From the IMG/VR virus record IMGVR_UViG_3300046822_000213, positions 1 to 56,777 of that record: 56,777 nucleotides of DNA. One strand, 5' to 3'. The stretch comes from a virus (lineage: Duplodnaviria; Caudoviricetes). The notes beneath the pieces are model-generated. The model had not been told where the DNA came from. It saw only the letters and a program-made list of their open reading frames with translations, and did no database searches. This document shows positions 46,404-55,200 of this stretch, piece by piece (the stretch's first letter is position 1; every line of letters begins with the position of its first letter). The position numbers were made by a program, and so were the translations under genes.

Positions 46404-47021
46404 TCACTTCACTTTGGTGATTGAAGTGTTGGGCTGGTAGTAAGCGTGGAACAGCTCCTCGGGCAGGTCGCGCCCTTCGTCAATAAACGTCTTTCCCGCC
46501 GCATTTAGCGTACCGGAATTGACTGTTTGTGTGATGAGCGCTTCCAGCCCGTTGTCCCGCAGCCACTGATGGGCGGCCTCTTTCTGATCCGCCTTGATCG
46601 AAGTCTTTAGCGCAACCGAGATGGTCACGCGGTAGCCTTCAAGAGTGGTAAAAGAGGAGATCTTTTCGCGCTCAAAGGCCGCCGGGATGATTTCCTGCCC
46701 CAGATTTTGGTACTGCTCGTCCAATAGCTTGGTGGCTTCGGACATCGCGTCCCTGATCTGGCGGAGCGCGGTGTAGACGTGCGCCAGCCCGGATGCCGTA
46801 TTGGTGCGCCGAATCATTGGGAGGAGGGTAGCTTCAACCTTAGTCTTCAGCGCTACAGCGCCCTTCACGCCCCAATCGCGAAAAGTCTCGATTGTCGGGT
46901 CCCATACCCGCCGGTTTGCTGCTTCCAGCTCCCGGTCGAGATCGGCCTTATCTTCATCCGACAGCCGGGATAGTTCGGTCAGATCCTCAGGCGTTAACTC
47001 TCTCGCATCGCTCATCGTCAA
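46404..47021 (-). CDS. Conserved phage replication-cluster protein
   Basis: WLR.NG...LI...VN..TL.A......G..LP motif; GATAGAGGA RBS. Confidence 0.65.
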   Translation of the reverse strand: MTMSDARELTPEDLTELSRLSDEDKADLDRELEAANRRVWDPTIETFRDWGVKGAVALKTKVEATLLPMIRRTNTASGLAHVYTALRQIRDAMSEATKLLDEQYQNLGQEIIPAAFEREKISSFTTLEGYRVTISVALKTSIKADQKEAAHQWLRDNGLEALITQTVNSGTLNAAGKTFIDEGRDLPEELFHAYYQPNTSITKVK

Positions 47022-47370
47022 GCTCCTTATCCTCTATCAACAAGGGGTAGTAGCACTTCTCCTGCCGATCGTAGCGCAGCAAGCGGACCGGTGATATGCC
47101 CAGTGAACCCAAAACATAGCTGCACACCGCCAAATGAACCGGCGAACCGATCAGGCACAGGTAGTCCTGTTCTGGGTCGTAGTGCTGTAGGTAGCTGTGC
47201 GCCTCTTCGAGCAGCGCTGGCATTCGAACGTCGCCGTTATCCGGAAACACGTCGCGGCGCGAGATGACGATCGGCGTGCCAAAGCGACAAGCATCTGAAA
47301 TATCCAGACGCCCATCGCTGTGCGGCACCCAGACTTGTGGGCCTCGCTGCATGGCGTGATCCTTGATCAT
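46987..47370 (-). CDS. Conserved hypothetical protein (small Rossmann-like; DYL.L.G.P...L.YD....Y)
   Basis: Motif pattern; preceded by TTGACG-18-TCTAAT (47377-47406), possibly leaderless. Confidence 0.6.
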   Translation of the reverse strand: MIKDHAMQRGPQVWVPHSDGRLDISDACRFGTPIVISRRDVFPDNGDVRMPALLEEAHSYLQHYDPEQDYLCLIGSPVHLAVCSYVLGSLGISPVRLLRYDRQEKCYYPLLIEDKELDDERCERVNA

Positions 47371-47507
47371 GGTGACATTAGACTATGCGACAGTACGTCG
47401 CGTCAAGTGTCGTAGCAGGAAGGGGTGCGGGCGGCCCCCACGTGACTAAAGGCCGCCCGCTATTCTCGACGGGTTATGACAGTCTGGGGGGACTCCCGTC
47501 GAGGAAT

Positions 47508-47825
47508 TTAAGCCGCCTTCGGCGCAGCGGCAGCGGCGTCGAGCGTCAGCTTGTGGCGCAGCGCATTTCGCGAGTTCATGGCAACCTGACCGGCATTGAG
47601 ACCGCGATCGACCCACTCATCGAGCTTCTCGGCCAGACCATGTTCGTCCAAAATCTCGCGCAGTTCGTCCTGGGTCTTACCGCGCAGCATGACGGCGACA
47701 TTGTCGCCATTGTCGACCACCCGGCGCTTTTTGCCGTCCGGTCCAGTCACAACGGTCTTTTTGTAGTTGGCGACCCGGCTGGGGTCGATCATTGGCTTCT
47801 TGTCAGCGGTAGCGGTTTGGGCCAT
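47508..47825 (-). CDS. Hypothetical protein, paralogue of the 48755 C-terminal domain
   Basis: GD.VA...W..LN.G...MN..N.LR motif. Confidence 0.65.
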   Translation of the reverse strand: MAQTATADKKPMIDPSRVANYKKTVVTGPDGKKRRVVDNGDNVAVMLRGKTQDELREILDEHGLAEKLDEWVDRGLNAGQVAMNSRNALRHKLTLDAAAAAPKAA

Positions 47826-47916
47826 CTTCAGTACTCTTACCTTGTTGGATATACGCTGGCAGACCTTAACACAGCTCGAACGGTACCGTCAATACGCCTT
47901 TTCGGAATTTCAGACC

Positions 47917-48240
47917 CTACTCGACAGCCTCCGGTATGCGCCGATACTTGAGATATTGGCATGCCGTACCCTCGATCGGGTTGGTGTTGGTGATCCACAT
48001 GCACTCGATGTTGTTGCATACATTCGCCCGGCTCTTAACGTCGGCCAGCGCATTCTGGAATAACGAGTGGAATTTGCTGTAATCCCGCTCAGTTTGACGC
48101 CCTTCGTCAGTGAGGATGAGATTATGGCAGACCTTGGTTAGCGCCCACGCCTCGAAGAAATGACACATCGAGGTGCACTTTTCCTCGGCATGGGCAGCAG
48201 TCGCGGACAGCACGACCAGCAGAAACACTAATGCTTTCAT
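47917..48240 (-). CDS. Secreted Cys-rich protein with Sec signal peptide
   Basis: AGGAG RBS; MKALVFLLVVLSATAAHA|EE; six Cys. Confidence 0.7.
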   Translation of the reverse strand: MKALVFLLVVLSATAAHAEEKCTSMCHFFEAWALTKVCHNLILTDEGRQTERDYSKFHSLFQNALADVKSRANVCNNIECMWITNTNPIEGTACQYLKYRRIPEAVE

Positions 48241-48333
48241 TGGGGTAACTCCTATAAAATGTGTTGGACCATGGCCCACAGGATGGGGCCAAGAGGGGTG
48301 AGGCAAATGGTCAGCTTGAACATAGGGGTATTC

Positions 48334-48675
48334 CTAGTCGGCAGCGAGTGGATAGTTGAGTTCACGTAAATGCCCATGGTAATCGGCACCGAGATGCAAA
48401 CTGGCGTCTGCCCGCGTGTCAGCCGCATCAAGGCAATTAAGGCAGTTAACCTCGCGCGGGGTGCGCCGATATCCGAGCCGATTATTGGGGTAGTGCAGCC
48501 CGCAGAGCGTGGCAGTCTCGCCGCCGCAAGTTTGGTAAAGGTATGCATGATTGCGGTCACCCGAATAGAAGGTAACGCTGAGCGGCGGCACGTATCGGAG
48601 GAAGTTGTCGTTGGCCGCCAGCGGCGCGACGTGGGACTTCCTAGGTAATGGAAACATAAACAATTGCGCAGACAT
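48334..48675 (-). CDS. Hypothetical protein with Zn-binding motif (H...LCG...VNCLNC)
   Basis: GAGG RBS; Cys/His motif. Confidence 0.55.
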   Translation of the reverse strand: MSAQLFMFPLPRKSHVAPLAANDNFLRYVPPLSVTFYSGDRNHAYLYQTCGGETATLCGLHYPNNRLGYRRTPREVNCLNCLDAADTRADASLHLGADYHGHLRELNYPLAAD

Positions 48676-48696
48676 GGCAAAATTTCCTCGGATCTA

Positions 48697-48740
48697 AAGA
48701 AAGGTCGGGCGGCTCAGCCTGCGCTGGCCGCCCGTCGACC
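48697..48740 (-). terminator. Putative intrinsic terminator after 48755-49399
   Basis: GC stem cgggcggc / gccgcccg followed by TTTCTTT on the - strand. Confidence 0.55.
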
Positions 48741-48754
48741 GGGAGTGGGGAGGC

Positions 48755-49399
48755 CTATTCGGCCTCCTCGTCCTTGGGCGTCGGGTTGAACACCACGCCG
48801 CCGATCGAGATCCGGGTGCCGCCCCGGACCATGCCCCGCAGCACGTTGCTGAGGTTCATGCGCTGCATACCATTGTTGAGGTTACCCCAGCGGCCCAGCA
48901 CGTCCACGCCATTCTCGGCACCGACCGCGATCAGCGCGGCGTGGTCGAGGTTGCCGTCGGCGTCGCGGCACTTGGCGCTGAACACCTCGGCGTACTCATC
49001 GCCGCAGGTCGCGTCGAACGGCTCGTACGCCTCCTTGTACTTGCCCTTGACCACCGAGCCGCTGACCTTCTCGTCCTCGTCCTCGGCGTCCTCGTCCGCC
49101 TTACCCTCGAAGGCGTCCTCAGCCTCGCCCGTCTCGGCGTCCTCATCCGCCTCGTCGGCGTCCTCGTCGCCCTCGTCCTCGTCCACGGCCTTCGCCGGAC
49201 GCTTGGCCTTGGGTGCCTTCGGCTCGTCCTGCGGGCGGGCGGCCAGCACCCGTGCCAGCAGCTCCTTGGCGTTCATGCCCGAGAACTCCTGGTCGACGTT
49301 GAACAGCGTGTCGCGAGCGACCACCGTATCCACGTCCACGAACAGCTCAACGCTGAGCTTCTGGGCCTGCTTCGCAACCATGTGGTGAATTAGTGCCAT
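48755..49399 (-). CDS. Hypothetical protein with acidic linker and LN.G..RMN domain
   Basis: ATAGAGGACAAG RBS; D/E-rich middle region. Confidence 0.7.
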   Translation of the reverse strand: MALIHHMVAKQAQKLSVELFVDVDTVVARDTLFNVDQEFSGMNAKELLARVLAARPQDEPKAPKAKRPAKAVDEDEGDEDADEADEDAETGEAEDAFEGKADEDAEDEDEKVSGSVVKGKYKEAYEPFDATCGDEYAEVFSAKCRDADGNLDHAALIAVGAENGVDVLGRWGNLNNGMQRMNLSNVLRGMVRGGTRISIGGVVFNPTPKDEEAE

Positions 49400-49516
49400 C
49401 GAACTTGTCCTCTATGAGAAGGCCCGACCACCGGGCCGTAGGGAGAAGAAAACCACGCTTCGACAACGCAGTCAATTGCGTGTTAAACAAGGTGATTATG
49501 CAAACGACGCAGGTAT

Positions 49517-51037
49517 TTACTCGGATGGCGTCCACAGCTTGCAGCAGTCGATCGGGGAGATCGGCGGCTCTACCTTCGCGCAGGCATCGCGCCCGTGGAA
49601 GTGTTCACATTCCGCGCAATGGTGCGGTCCTTGGGATGGCCGCTCGTACATCACGGAGTCGTGATCGCGCAGCTTCTGCGCATCGTGGACCTTGGGGGGC
49701 ATCAAATGCTCTGACGCTATCTTCCGGTCGCGTCCTCGGTTAAGAAAGGCATGTAGCTGGTGGTGCGGCACCAGAGATACCCCTTCACTTTCCCAGCCGT
49801 GTCCGGTCGGCGTCCCGCCCTCTCGGACAGCATGATAGTAGCGGGTCATCGAAGTGTCGCCCTCGTAATCCCCAGCATGGCCCACGATCCGGCCCTTCAG
49901 CCCGGATTCCTCGAAGGCCTCCTTGATCGCGGTGGCCTGCAGCGAATGGCCCTTCTCCCGGCCACCTTTAGGGAAAGTATACTTGTAGCCGCCGTAGGCG
50001 TTGGTCGGCTTGATGATCCAAACCCGACCATCCGGCTCACGCATCAGCAGCCCGGCACCTACCTTTTTGCCCTTGGAGTTCAACGGCGGCTCTGAGATGT
50101 CGGCTTGCCCCTCGACCTTGCTCCAGTCGGCTGGCGGCTTGAATGGCTTGAACGGCACGCCATGTAGGTCGGGCGGATCGGGGTCGCCCTCCTTGAAGTG
50201 AGCGGCACCCGACCCAAACTGACCGCCTTTGCTCCGCTTATGTTCGGATTCCACCCAGTCGTCATGAACGTGGACGCGCACACCAGTTATACGGTCAAAT
50301 GCTTTTTCCAAAAGCGGATTGACCCTGACACCCGATTTGCCGTAATCTTGATGACTGTAAGCCGAAAACGACTCGGCTATCCATTCCTTCGGGTTCAGCG
50401 AAGCATAAGTTGATAACTCTTTTGAAATAGAATCTTTGTTTGCTGCGAATACTTTATCAACAGATATTAACCGACCAACAGCCTCTTCAAGCGAATGCCC
50501 GATCTCATGTCTAAGTAAATCAGCCAGTGTACCGCCGACAACTGTTGTTTTTTCATCGACCTTTACGCCACCACGTTTAAGAGGTTGCGGTGTATCTATT
50601 ATAAGCTGACCACTTAAATATAACTCGCCCCCGTTCTCAGGAATATACATTCCCAAACCGTCATCTTGCAGTAAATCTTCGTAGCCTACCCCAATACCGC
50701 CTTGTACTCTTCTAGCAAATTTCAGCTTTGGAAATCGCGTTTTAAGATCGGTCAAAGTATGGTCAATAATTCCCAGAGAGCTTCGATAATCATCCTCCGT
50801 AAAATCTTCACTGTAATTTCCACTTACAGCAACACCATGTTTCTTGGTGAAACTTTCTTCAACTTTATCAATAGACTGTTTTGACTTTGACTTTGATCCC
50901 CCACCTTCAGTGAATTTACCGCCTGCTTCTCGCGGGTGTTTTTCCTCTTTGAACTCCGCATCCTTAGTCTCATCCTCGTCTACTTCATCGTAGTCATGAA
51001 CGTGGACGCGTAGACCGGGCGATGAGTGCAGCAACAT
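49517..51037 (-). CDS. Polyvalent protein: zincin-like metallopeptidase + Nudix hydrolase + HiPIP-like Cys domain
   Basis: HEIGH...YA..N..EWIAESF; Nudix box GG.E.......AIKEAFEESG; CxxCxxF....C..V...I.P..CC..W. Confidence 0.75.
   Translation of the reverse strand: MLLHSSPGLRVHVHDYDEVDEDETKDAEFKEEKHPREAGGKFTEGGGSKSKSKQSIDKVEESFTKKHGVAVSGNYSEDFTEDDYRSSLGIIDHTLTDLKTRFPKLKFARRVQGGIGVGYEDLLQDDGLGMYIPENGGELYLSGQLIIDTPQPLKRGGVKVDEKTTVVGGTLADLLRHEIGHSLEEAVGRLISVDKVFAANKDSISKELSTYASLNPKEWIAESFSAYSHQDYGKSGVRVNPLLEKAFDRITGVRVHVHDDWVESEHKRSKGGQFGSGAAHFKEGDPDPPDLHGVPFKPFKPPADWSKVEGQADISEPPLNSKGKKVGAGLLMREPDGRVWIIKPTNAYGGYKYTFPKGGREKGHSLQATAIKEAFEESGLKGRIVGHAGDYEGDTSMTRYYHAVREGGTPTGHGWESEGVSLVPHHQLHAFLNRGRDRKIASEHLMPPKVHDAQKLRDHDSVMYERPSQGPHHCAECEHFHGRDACAKVEPPISPIDCCKLWTPSE
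50261..51010. repeat. 18-bp perfect direct repeat (gtcatgaacgtggacgcg at 50261 and 50993) bounding an AT-rich cassette
   Basis: Both copies encode RVHVHD on the - strand; spacing is 732 nt (in frame). Confidence 0.85.
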
Positions 51038-51291
51038 CAGTTGTTGACCTGTACGTAACCGTCATCGAACGCCTTCTTAGGCGACCAGGAAACATAACCG
51101 TCATCGTAGCGCACGAAATAATCGCCCATGCTGGGCAGACCACGGGCGAAGAAATTCGGCGGCACATCAAAGCGCAGAGTGTTCATTGAAACGCTCACCT
51201 CGACCCAGCATGGATCGGGCGCACGGCTGATTGAAGTGATCGGCGCGGCCTCCACGATCTTGTGTGAGCGCCACAGCGGCATATCGGTCAT
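51037..51291 (-). CDS. Conserved phage protein (GDY.V.Y.DGY.SWSPK..F..GY)
   Basis: Recognisable motif; AGGAGG RBS. Confidence 0.7.
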   Translation of the reverse strand: MTDMPLWRSHKIVEAAPITSISRAPDPCWVEVSVSMNTLRFDVPPNFFARGLPSMGDYFVRYDDGYVSWSPKKAFDDGYVQVNN

Positions 51292-51491
51292 GTGTTCCTC
51301 CTGGCAATCGCCTCTTCGGCGGCGCGGGCCTGCCGACGCACCCAGTCACGAACTTCATCGGAGACATTGGCCCAGAGCCACGCTCCCTCGCCACGGTTGG
51401 CGTTGTAGATCGCCTCGGCCACATCATCGCCGGGCAGCGGTGCGGGCCGCGACTGGCGATAACGCTCCAGCGCGTTTAATTGGTTGGTCAT
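51288..51491 (-). CDS. Hypothetical protein
   Basis: ATGA coupling at both ends. Confidence 0.55.
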   Translation of the reverse strand: MTNQLNALERYRQSRPAPLPGDDVAEAIYNANRGEGAWLWANVSDEVRDWVRRQARAAEEAIARRNT

Positions 51492-51709
51492 GGCGGGTCC
51501 TGATATAGCTTGGCGCGCACCGCGCAGTCCTTGGCCTCCAATAGCTTGCGCAGGGCCACGGTGCGCTCGGGGTTGCGCGGCAAGTCACGCAGCAATTGCA
51601 GCGCCAATTCGCAGAACGGCTTGCTTACTTCCTGCAGCGGCGCGGGCAGGTGTAGGTAACCAAAGAACTGGATCATTGGCTCAACCTGGACGGGCAGAAT
51701 GTCAGTCAT
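51488..51709 (-). CDS. Small helical-hairpin protein, Acb2/Tad1-like candidate
   Basis: FF.Y.HLP..LQ..S..F...A......PRNPERTVALRKLLEAKD.AVRA. Confidence 0.5.
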   Translation of the reverse strand: MTDILPVQVEPMIQFFGYLHLPAPLQEVSKPFCELALQLLRDLPRNPERTVALRKLLEAKDCAVRAKLYQDPP

Positions 51710-51914
51710 GGCGATGAACAGTCACGCGGCCAATGCGGGTGCCGCGATCCTGCGTCGCGGGCTTACCCTCTTCCTCCTCGCGATACTTGGCGAGATTAGC
51801 GCGCGCAATCGCGCGCTGCTCCGGTGTCAACAGCGGCGGGCGGGTCGGGTCGCGTGCGAACACGACGTCGCCCCTGTGCCACGTCCACCGTCGTTCGGTT
51901 CGTTTGTCAGCCAT
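51702..51914 (-). CDS. Hypothetical protein ending in VTVHRHD
   Basis: GGAG RBS before MADKR. Confidence 0.5.
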   Translation of the reverse strand: MADKRTERRWTWHRGDVVFARDPTRPPLLTPEQRAIARANLAKYREEEEGKPATQDRGTRIGRVTVHRHD

Positions 51915-51951
51915 TGTTGCTCCAATCAGCAGACGCAGTGATCGGGTAGCT

Positions 51952-52206
51952 TCACTTGCGGCGCAGGTTAAGGACATACCCTTCAGGCACCTTAACACTA
52001 ACTTTTCGACCGTTGGGAAGGGTCAATTCGACAGTGCGATTTGCCGTACGGGGCTTCAACGAGACGGTATGATTCTCGGGGACGTGGATTTTCTTGTGGC
52101 CCTCCCCTGAAGGCCCAGCCGCTTTGGCAAACTGACCATGCGAACGTGGATGTTCCGACTCGGAAAAAGCATCCAAATTCACGTGAACATGCTTAGCCAT
52201 CGTCAT
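51952..52206 (-). CDS. Small protein carrying the HVH..D / EHPR..GQF tag
   Basis: KHVHVNLDAFSESEHPRSHGQFAK; GATAGAGGGAG RBS; own promoter. Confidence 0.65.
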   Translation of the reverse strand: MTMAKHVHVNLDAFSESEHPRSHGQFAKAAGPSGEGHKKIHVPENHTVSLKPRTANRTVELTLPNGRKVSVKVPEGYVLNLRRK

Positions 52207-52225
52207 CTCCCTCTATCGTGCCCCT

Positions 52226-52254
52226 ATTAAAACACACTTTGACAAGCCTGTCAA
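52226..52254 (-). promoter_or_regulatory. Sigma70-type promoter TTGACA-17-TTTAAT with TTGACA..TGTCAA palindrome
   Basis: Reverse complement ttgacaggcttgtcaaagtgtgttttaat. Confidence 0.7.
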
Positions 52255-55200
52255 GCGGCCAAGGGCTGGGGCGACGGCTGGATCAGCTCGCTGAGCTTCT
52301 CATGATGGACGGCACCCGCGCCACGCCCGGAACGCATCAAGGTCACCTCCATCTCCAGCTTATTGGGGTCGAAGTTGTCGATGCGGAACTTTGAACCGCG
52401 CTGAATCAAGATTTCGTTCTCGCCAGGGTGATCCGAATAATGGCCGATCGCCGCCGCCTGCGCGCCCTTCGGCAGATTGATCTTGAGGGTCAGCTTGCCC
52501 GACCAGTGATCGGTCGATGCGAACCCAAAATCCTGGAAGATGTGGACATCGTCTTGGGTCTCCTCCATCAGCCATTCGGCGAAGTCGCTGCTGACCCGGC
52601 GCTTGACGGTGATCGCCTCGGGCAAGCTGGCCTTGCTGAGGTAGGACGCCAGCGCATCGGTCGGATAGCCGCCCGATTTCTTGCCGAATGACCCGCGCAG
52701 CGCTTCATTCCATGGGTCGTAGGACCCGCCAGAATACTTGAAGATAGCGGCGGCCTCGGCCTTGGTCGGGATCGGGGCCTGCTTCAATCGGGCCTTGTAG
52801 GTGTCGTCCCAATTCCCGTTGGTGTGATGTTTCTTGGGCGGGGCCTTTTCCGGCGGCACCGCGCCGGGCGTCGCACCGGGCGCGGTAGCGATACCGGCCT
52901 GCGCGGCGATGGCATCGCGGCGCTTGATCAGCTTCTTGGCTAACTCGATCTTCTCTTCATCGGTGCCGGGACCAAACTTGGCGACGGCAGCGATGATGTC
53001 ACTGTTGCTAATGGCGGCGACAGCTTTCGCCCCCTCCTGCAATTGTTCGGGCGCAGCCTTGCTGAAAAATGCCACCGCTTGCGGATTGGAATAACCCGAC
53101 TTCATGCTCTCCCATTCACCGGCATCATTATCGAAAGCGGAGCCTTTCAGTCCGCCCTGAGCGCGATAAATCAGCGCGCCGCCGACATCCATCGGCGTCA
53201 CTTTGCCATTGATCACACCCATATTATCATCGGCCAGACCTACCGCGTCCCAGTTCGCCAGCCAAGCATGGACAGCGTATTGTTTAAATGCCTCGTTCTG
53301 CTCCGCTAGCGTCATATTGGCAGTACCCATCTTGGCATCTGACCAATCGGTAACGATTCGCTCAGGGTAGTCGGTGTCCTGGTGGTAGGTCAAGGTCGGG
53401 ACGCCAGCCATCGAATAGAGCGACGCCGCCAGCATCTCATTCTGGGCGTGACTGACCGACTTGGTATCCTTGACGTAGTACTTTTTGCCGGTGTCGGGGT
53501 CCTCGTAAGTACCGCCGGGATTCGAGCCAAGATTGCTGCCCAGCTTTTTCCAATGGGTGCCGTCGACCGGGTGCGCCACGGCTGTCGGGGCCTTGGGTCC
53601 AGCCGCAGCCGGTGGCGGCGGGATATTGGCTAGATGATCCTCCAGCCCGTTGGCTCCCGCCCCCTCGATGACATAAGCACTACCGTCGCCCTTGGGTAAG
53701 ATATGCTTCCACTCGGACTTGCCTTCAGCATTGACGTCCTTGTGGACATAGAGCAGCCCGCCGCCCACCTCATATGAGTTGACGTTGGGATCGCTCGACC
53801 CGACCGGCTTGGCACCAGCCTTATTCAACGATATTGCGATGAAAGAATTGGGATGAAGCGGTGCAGCGGCGTCAGGTGGCGGTTTCGGCCCGCCGCTGCC
53901 AGCCAACATCTCTGACAACATTTTAGCACCATTACCCGGCTTAGCGTTCGTAGGGTCATATTGAAGCAGGAAACCCGTATCGTACTTGTTTAAGGTCAGT
54001 TTTTTACCATCTGGAAAGGTGTAAATGTCCACATAGTTTGAGGCTTTGACGAGAGTGGCACCGGAATCTGTTAATGCCTGTTCCATCGCTGAATCAGGAT
54101 GAGATATCTTGGGTTTCTCTGCCGGTGGCGTCAGCCCGCCGCCCGTGTGCTTCAATGGCGCGTGCTTCGCCGTCTCGGCCTGCAGACTGGCGAGGTCGCT
54201 ACCCTTGGCAATGACGCCGTCACCTGATCTCCAGACTTCCCAACCAGACCCGTCATTGAAGACGTGGACGGCCATCGACTTAGCGGTGATGCTTTGGGCG
54301 GGGAAGTAGAACTCCTTGATCTTCTGGCCGCCATTGATGGTAGCGTCTGATATTTCGGGGGTTTGCTCCATCCCAGCCAAAAAATGGCCCAGCGCATCGC
54401 GCTTGTGTTTAGCTTCGAATGCAGCATTGATCGCGCCCGGATCTCCCTGTATTGCATGCTTGGCGAACTCCGCCTCGACGTCATCCGGCTCTTCAAAACC
54501 GCTGTTGTCCGGTTCAACTTCTGGCTCAAATATATTGTCGAGCGGCTCGATGTGGTGCAGTGCGGCGCTCAGCTCCTTGTACCCAGCACCGGCTTCATAT
54601 TGGTCTCCGGTGGTGTTGTCACCGATCGACCATTCATGAACGCCCTCGTCATTCGGTTCCTTGGATATTTCGATATCCATGCCGCCCGGCGTCTTGAGGT
54701 TGTGATAGTACATGTCGTCTTCACCAGGATCAACGATCAACTGGTGTTCCTCGACCAGACTGTGGATGTCAGTGACAGGTTTTTTCTTGGGCGGGGCCGT
54801 CATTTGGAGAAATTGATCCAACTCATCCGGGCCTTCGCCCGACATCATGACGCCGCCCAGACTGTTCTTCACCTGGAAACTGCCGGTGACGGAGTTGAGA
54901 TGCACCGTATCACCAGTCGGCGGATTGTGATAAACCAGGGTGAAGCCGGGCGCAGGCTTGATATGGTCAGCCGACTCAAAGCCCGCTTCATTGAGAGCCT
55001 GACCAAAAGTCGTCTTTGGGGCGGGCTTGGGTTCCGGCTCGGACAGCGACGTCTTGGTGCCGACGCCATTCTGCAACACTGCGCCCAAATTCACCGCACC
55101 GAAACCCGACTGGCTCTTACCCTGCATGTTGGTAATGATCCAGCCCACCTTGCCGTCTGGGTTCGGATGATGGTTAACCACGACAGTGCTGCCATCCGGA

